Shown here: positions 36,480 through 46,080 of the stretch, piece after piece
Numbering within the stretch: the first letter of the stretch is position 1
Layout: each line of letters starts with the position of its first letter
Notes under the pieces: model-generated
What the model was told of the DNA's origin: nothing
The model's database searches: none
The model's input: only the letters and a program-made list of their open reading frames with translations
Assembly (NCBI GenBank): GCA_950096895.1
Contig: CATNBF010000002.1
Span: 25,086 to 89,085 of the forward strand
Source: an uncultured bacterium
Lineage (GTDB): Bacteria; Pseudomonadota; Alphaproteobacteria; Rs-D84
Length of the DNA: 64,000 nucleotides
Direction of reading: 5' to 3'
Made by a program: the position numbers and the translations under genes

Positions 36480-39400
36480 ATGGCATATCCCAAGACAGAT
36501 GCAAAACCCAACTTTCCCGCATTGGAACAGGAAATATTGGCCTTTTGGCGCGCGGATGACACGTTTCATAAAAGTTTGAATCAGACGAAACAAGGTCATC
36601 CGTTTTCATTTTATGATGGTCCCCCCTTTGGTAACGGGTTACCGCACTGGGGGCATTTGGGTGTGTCGGTGGTCAAAGACATGGTTTGTCGGTACCAGAC
36701 GATGCAGGGTCGACACGTGCGCCGCGAACTGGGGTGGGATTGCCATGGGTTGCCGGCCGAAAATTCGGTCGAGAAAAAACAGGGCCGCCCCGCCAAGGAT
36801 ATTGTGGCAAATGACGGCATCGCGGCGTTTTGCGATATGTGCCGCGCGGACGTCATGACATACACCAGCGAATGGGAACGCTTTATCGAACGGATGGGCC
36901 GCTGGGTCGATGTGGGTGACGGGTATGGGTATAAAACCATGGATAAAAATTACATGGAATCCATGCTGTGGACGTTAAAAACACTCTATGACAAGGGATT
37001 ATTGTACAAGGATTATTCGGTCAACTGGTTCGATTGGGTCAACGGCACCATTGTGTCAAATTCCGAGGCGTCCCAGGATTACCGCGACGTCACCGATGAT
37101 GCCGTGACGGTCTGGTTTGAATTGGAAAACGGCGACCGGGTTTTGGCCTGGACCACGACACCGTGGACATTGCCGGCCAATTCCGCCCTGGCGGTCAATC
37201 CCAAAATGACCTATGTCCGGATGCGGGACACTGATGGTGCGGTCTATGTTATTGCCGCATCACGTTTGGGGGCATATGCGAAACAGTTTGATGGCATGGA
37301 AAAACTGGGCGAAATACATGGCACCGATTTAGTGGGGTTGCGTTATACGCCACTGTTTGATTATTATACTGGCCTGTCCGATTTGCTGTACCAGGTTATT
37401 CCAGCCGATTACGTGTCGGATGCCGACGGGACCGGTATCGTGCATATCGCGCCCGCGTATGGGGCCGAAGACTTTGGGGCGGCGAAAAATATCGACCCGA
37501 AGTTCCCGGTTTTATTGAATGTCGACAATTACGGGAACTTTGACGATACCGTGCGTGACTTTGCGGGGGAAAATATCTTTGCCGCCAACGGCAAGATTAT
37601 GGATATGCTAAAATCCCGCGGGCATTTGGTCAAAAAGGAACAGTACAAGCATAATTATCCCTATGGCGACCGGTCCAAGGAAAAGTTGATTCAACGCGCG
37701 ACGGATTCATGGTATATCGACGTGCCGAAAATCCGTGATCGATTGATGGCAAATAATGCGATGGTACACTGGACATCGGCCGGGGAACGGTTCCGCATGT
37801 GGATTGAAAACGCACGTCCCTGGGCGATTTCGCGTAACCGGTTCTGGGGAACGCCGCTGCCGATTTGGGAACGTGACGGGGAATATAAAATCTTTGGCTC
37901 TATCGCCGAAATCCAGGAATTCTTTGGCGTGGAAATCAACGATTTGCACCGGCCGACATTAGATGCGCTGGAAAAAGACGGATGGACGCGCATTCCGGAC
38001 GTGTTGGATTGCTGGGTGGAATCAGGATCGATGCCGTGGGCATCACTGCATTACCCGTTTGAAAACGCCGACCGATTTGCGGCCGAATTCCCCGCAGATT
38101 ATATTATCGAAGGTCAGGATCAAACCCGCGGGTGGTTTTATGCGCTGATGGTGTTGGCGACGGCAATGTTTGATAAACCGGCGTTTCGCACCGTGTCGGC
38201 CAACGGATTGGTGATGGACGAAAACAAGAAAAAGTTTTCGAAATCTTTGAAAAACTTTGTCGACCCATGGGACCAGATTGACCAAGTTGGGGCCGATGCC
38301 GTGCGGTTGTTTATCTTGGGGTCGAATTTTATGAAGGCCGAACCCGTCTTTGTTGATAAAGAAGGCAAGGTGTTCAACGAAACCGCCAAGACAATATTGA
38401 CACCACTGTGGAACGCGTATCACTTCTTTACGCTGTACGCGAATGCCGGGAATATCACCGCGGGTGGCACCCCGGCGTCGGAAAACGCGTTGGATAAATA
38501 CATTTTGGCCGAATTGGATGAATTAATTGCGACGACGGGCGCGGCATTGGATGCCTATGTGCCAGATGGGGCTGTGACGGCATTCGTGCGGTTCTTGGAT
38601 GTGCTAAATAATTGGTACATTCGGCGTAACCGGGCGCGTTTCTGGGATGAAGAGCAAGCGGCGTTTGACACCCTGCATTACGTGTTGGTGACACTCGCAC
38701 GGGTAATGGCCCCGTTCGCCCCGTTCATCAGTGATTATATTTATAAAAACTTGAGCGGGGGGGAATCGGTGCATTTAACCCCGTTCCCGGACGCCACGGG
38801 ACACGATAAAAAAATCGTGATGGATATGCGGCGCGTCCAATCGATTGTGTCGGTGGGTGGACGGTTGCGTGAACAATATAAGCTGCGCAACCGGTTGCCA
38901 CTGAATAAATTAACGGTTGCGGGCGTCGATTTATCGGATTATGCCGATATCATTCGTGATGAATTAAATGTCAAGACGGTTGAATTTATCGACAATGTTG
39001 ACGCGGTCGCGGATACGTTTGTGTATCTGATTACGCCGAAAATCGGGGGTAGACTCGGCGGCGCGCTCAAGGAAATCATCCCGGCGGTGAAATCTGGCAA
39101 TTATGAAATCTGTGGCGATAAATTAATCGCGGCCGGACACGAATTAAACGCGGATGAATTTGAATCCCGTCTGACGGTCAAAGATTCTGTGACGGGCGCG
39201 ACCTTGCCGGATAATACGGCGGTGGTGGTGCTGGATACCGATGTGAACGCCGAATTGGTGGCAGAAGGATTGGCCAACGACGCGCTGCGGTTTATCCAGG
39301 ATACGCGCAAGGCGTTGAATTTTGACGTATCGGATCGTGTGAATATGACCTATCATGGGGCCCCGGCAATTTTGTCGGCCATTGATGTGCACCGTGATCG

Positions 39401-39503
39401 TATTATGCGCGATGCGTTGATTTGCAACATGACCCAGGGGGATGGGGACAACACCACCCAAATCGAAGGGTACGATTTCGCCATTACGTTAATAAAGGAG
39501 TAA
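36480..39503 (+). CDS. ileS: Isoleucine--tRNA ligase, type 2 (eukaryote-like)
   Basis: FSFYDGPPFGNGLPHWGHL (type-2 HIGH region), a CP1 editing domain and KFSKSLKN (KMSKS). 1007 aa with no C-terminal Zn-finger extension of the type-1 kind. Confidence 0.95.
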   Translation: MAYPKTDAKPNFPALEQEILAFWRADDTFHKSLNQTKQGHPFSFYDGPPFGNGLPHWGHLGVSVVKDMVCRYQTMQGRHVRRELGWDCHGLPAENSVEKKQGRPAKDIVANDGIAAFCDMCRADVMTYTSEWERFIERMGRWVDVGDGYGYKTMDKNYMESMLWTLKTLYDKGLLYKDYSVNWFDWVNGTIVSNSEASQDYRDVTDDAVTVWFELENGDRVLAWTTTPWTLPANSALAVNPKMTYVRMRDTDGAVYVIAASRLGAYAKQFDGMEKLGEIHGTDLVGLRYTPLFDYYTGLSDLLYQVIPADYVSDADGTGIVHIAPAYGAEDFGAAKNIDPKFPVLLNVDNYGNFDDTVRDFAGENIFAANGKIMDMLKSRGHLVKKEQYKHNYPYGDRSKEKLIQRATDSWYIDVPKIRDRLMANNAMVHWTSAGERFRMWIENARPWAISRNRFWGTPLPIWERDGEYKIFGSIAEIQEFFGVEINDLHRPTLDALEKDGWTRIPDVLDCWVESGSMPWASLHYPFENADRFAAEFPADYIIEGQDQTRGWFYALMVLATAMFDKPAFRTVSANGLVMDENKKKFSKSLKNFVDPWDQIDQVGADAVRLFILGSNFMKAEPVFVDKEGKVFNETAKTILTPLWNAYHFFTLYANAGNITAGGTPASENALDKYILAELDELIATTGAALDAYVPDGAVTAFVRFLDVLNNWYIRRNRARFWDEEQAAFDTLHYVLVTLARVMAPFAPFISDYIYKNLSGGESVHLTPFPDATGHDKKIVMDMRRVQSIVSVGGRLREQYKLRNRLPLNKLTVAGVDLSDYADIIRDELNVKTVEFIDNVDAVADTFVYLITPKIGGRLGGALKEIIPAVKSGNYEICGDKLIAAGHELNADEFESRLTVKDSVTGATLPDNTAVVVLDTDVNAELVAEGLANDALRFIQDTRKALNFDVSDRVNMTYHGAPAILSAIDVHRDRIMRDALICNMTQGDGDNTTQIEGYDFAITLIKE

Positions 39504-39506
39504 GTG

Positions 39507-39713
39507 ATGGCAAAGTCATACTGTGTCAAAGCTGAAATAGAGTGTAAATATTTTTCAAATGGTTGCTGTATGGCCGATGGATTTTGCAAGGGCGAACGGG
39601 TTGTTCATAATCCGGAAAGTGCGCTGGCGGTTCAATTGGCCTATATGACAAAAATTATGGAAAATCAGGCAAAGATTATGAAACAATTGCGCGATTTGGG
39701 GATTCAGAAATGA
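39507..39713 (+). CDS. Small Cys-rich protein of unknown function
   Basis: Strong Shine-Dalgarno AAGGAG 8 nt upstream of the ATG at 39507. It starts right after the ileS stop (39501-03), and its stop overlaps the nth start (ATGA). MAKSYCVKAEIECKYFSNGCCMADGFCKGERV has 5 Cys within 30 aa. Confidence 0.6.
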   Translation: MAKSYCVKAEIECKYFSNGCCMADGFCKGERVVHNPESALAVQLAYMTKIMENQAKIMKQLRDLGIQK

Positions 39714-40369
39714 TTACGCCGGACGATTACTTTACATTGGTGCCGCCGACGGTGGATATGAATATCCGCAGCGAACTTTATTTCACCAACGAATTTAATT
39801 TCGCCGTGGCGGTGATTTTATCGGCCCAGGCAACAGATAAAAAAGTGAACGAGGTAACACCCGAACTCTTTCGTATTGCGCCGACGCCGGCCAAAATGAT
39901 TGCCCTTGGGATTGACGGATTAAAAGAACATATCCGTGTGATATCCTTTTTTAATAACAAGGCGAAAAGTATCATGGGTCTGGCGACGGCATTGATGGAA
40001 ACATCGGGCGCGGATGATGCCGATTATAAATTCCCAGACGCGTATCATGATCGCGAAAAACTGATGACGTTGCCCGGTGTTGGACAAAAGACGGCCAATG
40101 TTATCATGAACGTTTTGTGGGGGATGCCCAACATCGGTGTAGATACCCATGTATTTCGTAATGCGCACCGATATGGTTGGGTTGGGGCGGCGGAAAATAC
40201 GCCGGAACGTACAGAAGAAAAACTGTTACAGAAAATTCCAAAAAAATACCACCCGATTGTAAATCATGTTATGGTGCTGCATGGGCGGTATACGTGCACC
40301 GCACTGCGCCCAAAATGCGGTAATTGCCCGTTGGCGCATTTGTGTAATGCCCCTGATTGCACAGCCTAA
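39710..40369 (+). CDS. nth: Endonuclease III
   Basis: HhH-GPD motif (LPGVGQKTANVIMNVLWG) and the 4Fe-4S cluster C-x6-C-x2-C-x5-C (CTALRPKCGNCPLAHLC). Confidence 0.95.
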   Translation: MITPDDYFTLVPPTVDMNIRSELYFTNEFNFAVAVILSAQATDKKVNEVTPELFRIAPTPAKMIALGIDGLKEHIRVISFFNNKAKSIMGLATALMETSGADDADYKFPDAYHDREKLMTLPGVGQKTANVIMNVLWGMPNIGVDTHVFRNAHRYGWVGAAENTPERTEEKLLQKIPKKYHPIVNHVMVLHGRYTCTALRPKCGNCPLAHLCNAPDCTA

Positions 40370-40596
40370 GCTAGATCTATGCCGTGGGGCTTTGCGACGG
40401 GGCTTAGCTGGTGGGGGCGGCATCCAACGGGATATGTCCCCATTATGATTATGATGGGACATGGGGGCATAAAAAAACATTGTTTTTATGTTCCGCCCAG
40501 GATATAATTCCCAATAGCCATTCGTGGTTCCCCAATTGTTTTTTTAGATTTCTTCATGCGTCATCTGGGAATATCGGTTGGGGATTGACGAATGGT

Positions 40597-40630
40597 TAAA
40601 AAAAACCGGCATTGCCGGTTTTTATTTTTA
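40597..40630. terminator. Bidirectional intrinsic terminator
   Basis: aaaaaaaaccggc-att-gccggtttttattttt, at the 3' end of the minus-strand skp-like gene. Confidence 0.7.
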
Positions 40631-41299
40631 GAAACCCATGGGTTTATCCATCTTTACCTTGGATACTTTTTTATTCAAGGCCGAAATTACTTCGTCTGTG
40701 ATATCCAGGTTTTCCGCCCCTGCACCCATCCGGGCAAAGCGGCCATCAATCACCAGCGACAGGTTCTTTTTCGCAATGATACCTTCGATTAACGGATCCA
40801 AATGTTTGGTCTGGATTTCATTCAAGGCTTTTTGAAAGGCCATTTCAATGCTCTGCGCACGTTCGGTTAAATCACGTTGTAATTTTGCAACGCGCCCCTG
40901 GTAATCGGCGACGCGACGTTGCAAGGCTTCACGTGATAAAACATCTTGGGACTTTTCAATTTCGGTCTTTTCTTTTTCCAGAACTTTTTGTTCCCGGGTC
41001 AATTCATCACGCAGTTTTTCTTCGTACCCTTCTTTTTGTTTACGCAGGTCGGTTAACGCATTTGCCGTCCCTTGGATGGCATCCATGCGAATAACCGCGA
41101 TACGCAGGTTGGCCCCATTGGCGGCATCAACCGTCACTGTATCTAATGATTCTTGGACCGATGCCCCGCCACCATTATGCATGCGCGATACAGTCATCAC
41201 CCCCAATGCCGCGATCGCAATTACAATCGCCGCAATAATGCCGGATTTTACATACTTTTTTGTGGCCGGTGTTTGGGCCGCGTTTGTTTTGTTTGCCAT
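40628..41299 (-). CDS. OmpH/Skp-family periplasmic chaperone
   Basis: N-terminal anchor/signal (IIAAIVIAIAALGVMTV), a long coiled-coil (KQKEGYEEKLRDELTREQKVLEKEKTEIEK...) and a Skp-like C-terminus (IAKKNLSLVIDGR). Start taken at MANKTN. Confidence 0.75.
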   Translation of the reverse strand: MANKTNAAQTPATKKYVKSGIIAAIVIAIAALGVMTVSRMHNGGGASVQESLDTVTVDAANGANLRIAVIRMDAIQGTANALTDLRKQKEGYEEKLRDELTREQKVLEKEKTEIEKSQDVLSREALQRRVADYQGRVAKLQRDLTERAQSIEMAFQKALNEIQTKHLDPLIEGIIAKKNLSLVIDGRFARMGAGAENLDITDEVISALNKKVSKVKMDKPMGF

Positions 41300-41382
41300 G
41301 ATATCCTTCCTTTGGTTTATTATGCTTGGTAAAGAGTATAACAATAAAAATTTGAAATGCAAAGATGAAACTTTTTCATCTG

Positions 41383-42057
41383 TTATCGGGCCGGGGCCAG
41401 GCGGATTTCCACCCGTCTGTTCATCAAACGGCCAATATCATCTTGGGCCGCGATGGGCCGGGCCGATCCCCGGCCTGTGATAAACATGCGGGCCGTATTA
41501 ATCCGATGTTGGGCCAAGTATACCGCCACCCGTTCGGCCATATCCAGTGACATGCGTCGCGCCGCATCCCCGTCACGCATCGCATCGGTATAGCCGGCGA
41601 TTTCAATAAACGTTGCATTATATTGGCGCAAGATCTTGGCAATGATATTTAGTGTGTCGTCCCCTGTTGCCGAAATATCTGGGGCATTTAATTCCATAAT
41701 GGCGTCACGTACCAAGATGACAACCACATCTGTTCCGGCCCGTTGGACAGAAATTCCCGGCTTGCGTAATGCATCATACAGGGTAAATTCCAAACGTGTC
41801 ATATATTGCAGTGCGGCCATGTTATCATTGGCAGTTTTATCCCCATAATCTGCGGTGGGATTTTTCTCTGAATTGCTGGTGATCAATTGGCCGCCCGCCC
41901 CCAAATAGACCGGCCGCTTGGCAATACGGGCGGTGTCGGTCATGTCCGACATGCTGGCCCCACGCAGGTGGGTTGCCCATGTGGCGCGATCCGGGCTGTG
42001 GTACTTGATACAGGATGCCAATACCAACGTTGTTAAGATCAGGGCAAATTGACGCAT
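41383..42057 (-). CDS. OmpA/MotB-domain lipoprotein
   Basis: Lipobox LTTLVLASC. C-terminal OmpA-like domain (IAGYTDAMRDGDAARRMSLDMAERVAVYL...NRRVEIRL). Confidence 0.8.
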   Translation of the reverse strand: MRQFALILTTLVLASCIKYHSPDRATWATHLRGASMSDMTDTARIAKRPVYLGAGGQLITSNSEKNPTADYGDKTANDNMAALQYMTRLEFTLYDALRKPGISVQRAGTDVVVILVRDAIMELNAPDISATGDDTLNIIAKILRQYNATFIEIAGYTDAMRDGDAARRMSLDMAERVAVYLAQHRINTARMFITGRGSARPIAAQDDIGRLMNRRVEIRLAPAR

Positions 42058-42065
42058 TTTGAATT

Positions 42066-42530
42066 TTATTCCACCATAAATGAAATCATGTTATCACCCG
42101 ATGACATACAGAAATCAGGCATGCCGTCAGCATTACTGTATCCGTTAACGCGTAACCCTGATGCCCATGTGGGAATGGCGGTGGTAAAGTATGCACAATC
42201 GCCATAGGACAGTCCGGTTAAATTAATTGAAAACATCGTGCCATCATCAGATGCCGTAATGGACCAATCGTCCCCGCCGATGGGGGCGCGATCGTTGCGT
42301 AACGCCCCGGCCTTGACCAAATAATCAACCGATACGCCCGAATAATCCCCGCGCGGGGCCATCATCAGGCGGACATTTTTTGCCACCTGGTCCAGTTCGG
42401 CTGTCGCGATGGTACGCATGCTGCGGTCGCGCATGGTTTTATACATGCCAATGGCCCCAGCCGTCATAATGGCGGCAACGGCCAAGACACCAATAATCTC
42501 GATCAATGAACGTCCAGATTCTGTGCGCAT
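42066..42530 (-). CDS. Type IV pilin-like protein (prepilin-type N-terminus)
   Basis: MRTESG|RSLIEIIGVLAVAAIMTAGAIGMY: a 6-aa leader ending in Gly, Glu at +5 and a hydrophobic alpha-1 helix. 154 aa with a C-terminal Cys pair (..YGDCAYF...DFCMSS), like a pilin D-region. Confidence 0.65.
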   Translation of the reverse strand: MRTESGRSLIEIIGVLAVAAIMTAGAIGMYKTMRDRSMRTIATAELDQVAKNVRLMMAPRGDYSGVSVDYLVKAGALRNDRAPIGGDDWSITASDDGTMFSINLTGLSYGDCAYFTTAIPTWASGLRVNGYSNADGMPDFCMSSGDNMISFMVE

Positions 42531-42555
42531 GATGATTTTCCTTTGGTTATGTCTG

Positions 42556-44193
42556 TTATTTCGTCACGCTGATGATTTCGGCATCTCCAAACAGATTCAT
42601 GGCATTGGCCACCAATGGATCAGATTCCAGTTCTGCACGCTTTTGCTCTGCCACGGTTTGGGTGTGATGTGATTCCATTTCACGTTCCAGCATCCATGTC
42701 CGGCCCGTCTTGTCAAATAACCATGCCGCCAATTTCTGGGCGAAATCACCATCGCCTTTGCGATCGTAATAGCTGATTTTTCCATCGGCAAAGGCGGTAA
42801 TTTCAATATTATTACTAAAATAGGAATAAAGTAATATTTCCCGTGCCCCTTGCAAGGCCGCGCCCAATTCTGTGGCCGATGTAATTGATATCTTTTCTTC
42901 ATCTGGCGATGGTGCCACTACGGATTGGGGTATGGGATCTGGTATTGGATCTGCGGGGGTCGGCATTGGGGTGGGGGCCACCGGTTGTGATGCGGTCACC
43001 GTTTGGGCGGCGGCCGGTGCCGGCGTTGTTGGTCGCGGCGTTGGGGCGGGGGCATTTTGCTTTAGTATTTCGGGGATCGATGGCATATCAGCAATATGCA
43101 TCAATCGAATAATTAACATGTCAAAGCATTGCTTTTGATTACCAGCCGCCGCCATTTCTGGGACAGACGCCACCATAACCTGCCATATACGTGACAGCGT
43201 ATTTAACGAGACGGATTTATTCAAATCTTGGATTTGTTCGCGCATATCGGCGGTATAGGGCAATGCCACCGCGTCGCCTGCGTGTAATGCCGGATGCATT
43301 CGGGTGGCCCAATGTGTCCATTCCATCATATCGGTCAGCAGCATTGCCAAATCTGCGCCATTGTTATATATATTATCCACCATGGTCAATGCGTCGGCCG
43401 TCGTTCCAGTTAACATGGTTCGCATTAAATCCATCACCACGCCACGATCAGCACGTTTTAGCATGTCCAGCACCGCAGATTCTGTAACAACGCCGCCGGT
43501 TTGGGCAATCGCCTGGTCCAACAGGGACAATCCATCGCGCACCGATCCATCGGCTGCGCGGGCCAATAATTCACAGGCCGCGTCATCCAGTTCGACTTTT
43601 TCCTGGGATGCGATCCACATAAAATGTTTTTTTAATGTTTCTACCGGTACCCGAACCAGGTCAAATCTTTGACACCGGGATAAAATAGTGACCGGTACCT
43701 TGCGGATTTCAGTTGTGGCCAAAATAAAGATAACGTGGGCCGGTGGTTCTTCAAGTGTTTTAAGCAAGGCGTTAAACGCCGATGTTGATAACATGTGCAC
43801 TTCGTCGATAATATAAACCTTGTACCGGCCATTGGTTGGACGGTATTGGGCCGCGTCCAAGATATCACGCATATTATCGACACCGGTATGTGATGCGGCG
43901 TCAATTTCCATAACATCAATATGTTGCCCGGCCGCAATTGCACGACAATTTTCACATGTGCCACATGGGGTTGCCGTGGCGTGATCCGCCGACAGACAAT
44001 TTAACGCCTTGGCCAGAATGCGGGCCGTACTGGTTTTCCCAGTTCCGCGAATTCCAGTGAATATATAGGCGTGCGCAATACGTGATGTATTGATGGCCGT
44101 GGTCAATGTTTTGACCAAAACATCTTGGCCGATTAAAGATTGAAAATCCTGGCTGCGATACTTACGCGCCAAAACGGTGTAATTGTTATCCAT
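42556..44193 (-). CDS. dnaX: DNA polymerase III subunit gamma/tau
   Basis: ARKYRSQDFQSLIGQ, Walker A GIRGTGKTS, Zn module C-x8-C-x2-C-x2-C (CLSADHATATPCGTCENC), DEVHMLS and SRC. Followed by a Pro-rich linker and a C-terminal domain. Start taken at MDNNYTV. Confidence 0.9.
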   Translation of the reverse strand: MDNNYTVLARKYRSQDFQSLIGQDVLVKTLTTAINTSRIAHAYIFTGIRGTGKTSTARILAKALNCLSADHATATPCGTCENCRAIAAGQHIDVMEIDAASHTGVDNMRDILDAAQYRPTNGRYKVYIIDEVHMLSTSAFNALLKTLEEPPAHVIFILATTEIRKVPVTILSRCQRFDLVRVPVETLKKHFMWIASQEKVELDDAACELLARAADGSVRDGLSLLDQAIAQTGGVVTESAVLDMLKRADRGVVMDLMRTMLTGTTADALTMVDNIYNNGADLAMLLTDMMEWTHWATRMHPALHAGDAVALPYTADMREQIQDLNKSVSLNTLSRIWQVMVASVPEMAAAGNQKQCFDMLIIRLMHIADMPSIPEILKQNAPAPTPRPTTPAPAAAQTVTASQPVAPTPMPTPADPIPDPIPQSVVAPSPDEEKISITSATELGAALQGAREILLYSYFSNNIEITAFADGKISYYDRKGDGDFAQKLAAWLFDKTGRTWMLEREMESHHTQTVAEQKRAELESDPLVANAMNLFGDAEIISVTK

Positions 44194-44261
44194 GCTTAAA
44201 CTTTCCTTTGCACACCAAGGATAACAAATCAAACCCGGATTTCAAGAATTAAAAAACGTGA

Positions 44262-44567
44262 TTATTTCAGGTTGGTGACAAAGTCAGAAAAACTGTCGTC
44301 ATCGTCCATGGCGTCGTCCGACGTGATGTCTGGATTGGCAATCGCCGTTGTTGGTGTTTTGTCATTGGGGCCGCGGGTGGAATCAATTTTTCCCTGTTCG
44401 GCGGCGACAATACGACCATAGTGTTCGGCCGCCTGCATCAGACGTTCGCGTTCGATTTCGTCGGCGGTCTGACGGGCCTGGTCCATGTATTGTTTACGTT
44501 TCTGACGCCATTTATGACACCGTTGAATCATCATGCCGACAGACGATTGGTTTTTTTTATTTTGCAT
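44262..44567 (-). CDS. DUF4167-like small basic/acidic protein
   Basis: YMDQARQTADEIERERLMQAAEHYGRIV resembles the alphaproteobacterial DUF4167 core (..AEHY.R) as I recall it. Acidic tail. Confidence 0.5.
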   Translation of the reverse strand: MQNKKNQSSVGMMIQRCHKWRQKRKQYMDQARQTADEIERERLMQAAEHYGRIVAAEQGKIDSTRGPNDKTPTTAIANPDITSDDAMDDDDSFSDFVTNLK

Positions 44568-44724
44568 ATATTTTTTCTTTTATTGGAAGTAATTGTTCCC
44601 GATGGCTTTGTTCCATCATTTATGTTCAACGGGGAAATCATAATGTATCTGAAAACCGATTGCAATATTTTTTTTCAAATGCTATCTTTCCAAGTAACCA
44701 AGAGAGAAAAGAGAGAATAATCCC

Positions 44725-46080
44725 GTGGCCCGGCAATCCGGAAATTTTTTATTACAAGCCTTGCTGGCGATATCTTTGATATTCGCGTTTATGCCCTTTG
44801 TTGCCCGCCAGGTGGCATCCCGTGACCAGGCATCGCAAATGTATGCTGTGACGCGCCAGATGGAAACGGCGGCGACTGCGGCCCGGATTTATATTCGGGA
44901 AAATGCGGGAAATTTACCATATGGTCAGACGGTGTTGGCGGGCAATGATTTTGCCGATACGTTGGAACCCTATGGCTTGCCATTGGGGTTTGTGGCGCGC
45001 ACTGCCCTGGGCCAGGATTTAATCCTGGTGATCAACAAGAATGCGACCGATGTCGGGGGGTATATTGATGCCATTGGCGGCGGGTTAAGTGGATTTCGCC
45101 GCGCAGAATTGGCCCGGCGGTTGGGCTTTTACGCGGCGGTTGTGGATGGGGGCGTCCGTTTGGGGATTGCGCTGGATGATGCCTATTCAGATATTGTTCG
45201 TCGCGATGATCAAGATCTGGACAATAATGCCTTTTTGATTGATTTGAATATGGCGGATTTTTCGGTGGCCAATGTGGGGGCGGTGTATGCCCATAATGGG
45301 GAATTTGAATCGTTCCAAGGGTCGACATTAAGTTTGAACGGTATTGAAAATGGCCGCAAGATTCGTCATAACATCACAACCATGACCGCCGACAAAACCG
45401 TGTTCCAGGCGGGTGATGGGGGGGCGGCACTGGCGGTGACGCGTGGGGGACTGGTGGCAGATTCACTATCGGTGCGTACAATTGCCAAGTTTGGTGATGC
45501 CGGGTCAATTACAACAGGGGCGGCGTCTGTGTATGATTTCTTTATGACGGCGGGCCGAACCAGTTTTACCGGTCCCAAAAAATGGGCGATTAATGGCAAT
45601 GTGGTTGCCGAAAATATGAATTTTACGGTCGATACGTTGGAAATATCTTCGTATCTAAATGCGTCCCGTGGTCAAGATGTTTACATTAATCCTGATAGCT
45701 TGGAATACAACACCCGCAGCGGGATCGAAGCAGATATTATTGCCGCGTCAAATATTACATTGCGTGATCAAACGTCTGATGAATTGATCAACGGCGGGGC
45801 GGGCGCGATTGTTTTGGATATTCGGCCGGCTGGGACATCGTTTTTGCCAGATGTCTTGGTTGATACGATTGACAACGGGGCCTTTCGCATTATTTCCCGC
45901 GCCGATGATAATGATGGGGCCACTGTTGATTGTCGGTCTATTATAACGGCACTGGATGGGGTTTATAATGCCAAGTCTTTGGCCCAATATATTGTGTGCC
46001 AATATGTTTATTGGTCACGTTTGGAAAAAAGAATTGATTTGAAACAATGTATGCTGGACGGAAAAAGTGATTGCAAGTAA
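44725..46080 (+). CDS. Large pilin-like protein 1 (prepilin-like N-terminus, Gln at +5)
   Basis: GTG start. MARQSG|NFLLQALLAISLIFAFMPF, then an amphipathic helix (TRQMETAATAARIYIRENAG). G/T/S/N-rich beta-strand-like C-terminal half with a C-terminal Cys cluster. Confidence 0.6.
   Translation: MARQSGNFLLQALLAISLIFAFMPFVARQVASRDQASQMYAVTRQMETAATAARIYIRENAGNLPYGQTVLAGNDFADTLEPYGLPLGFVARTALGQDLILVINKNATDVGGYIDAIGGGLSGFRRAELARRLGFYAAVVDGGVRLGIALDDAYSDIVRRDDQDLDNNAFLIDLNMADFSVANVGAVYAHNGEFESFQGSTLSLNGIENGRKIRHNITTMTADKTVFQAGDGGAALAVTRGGLVADSLSVRTIAKFGDAGSITTGAASVYDFFMTAGRTSFTGPKKWAINGNVVAENMNFTVDTLEISSYLNASRGQDVYINPDSLEYNTRSGIEADIIAASNITLRDQTSDELINGGAGAIVLDIRPAGTSFLPDVLVDTIDNGAFRIISRADDNDGATVDCRSIITALDGVYNAKSLAQYIVCQYVYWSRLEKRIDLKQCMLDGKSDCK

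Noticed and set aside
40370-40627. A 258-bp spacer between the convergent nth and skp-like genes, with small hairpins (atgtccc/gggacat at about 40434-40461, and an A/T hairpin at about 40468-40490) and a 62-aa ORF (40411-40599).
   Set aside because: The ORF has no Shine-Dalgarno and an implausible composition. The hairpins are short, and I could not define a promoter and terminator pair for an sRNA. I noted it but it is too weak to call.
43627-43633. An A7 run (T7 on the plus strand) inside dnaX, in the correct X_XXY_YYZ register (TTA AAA AAA CAT). This looks like a possible programmed -1 frameshift site producing a gamma subunit.
   Set aside because: It lies around residue 200, inside the clamp-loader ATPase/lid region (..ETLKKHFMW..), far upstream of where tau/gamma frameshifting occurs in E. 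coli. The -1 frame stops after about 16 codons, giving a product lacking essential domains. It is most likely just two Lys codons.
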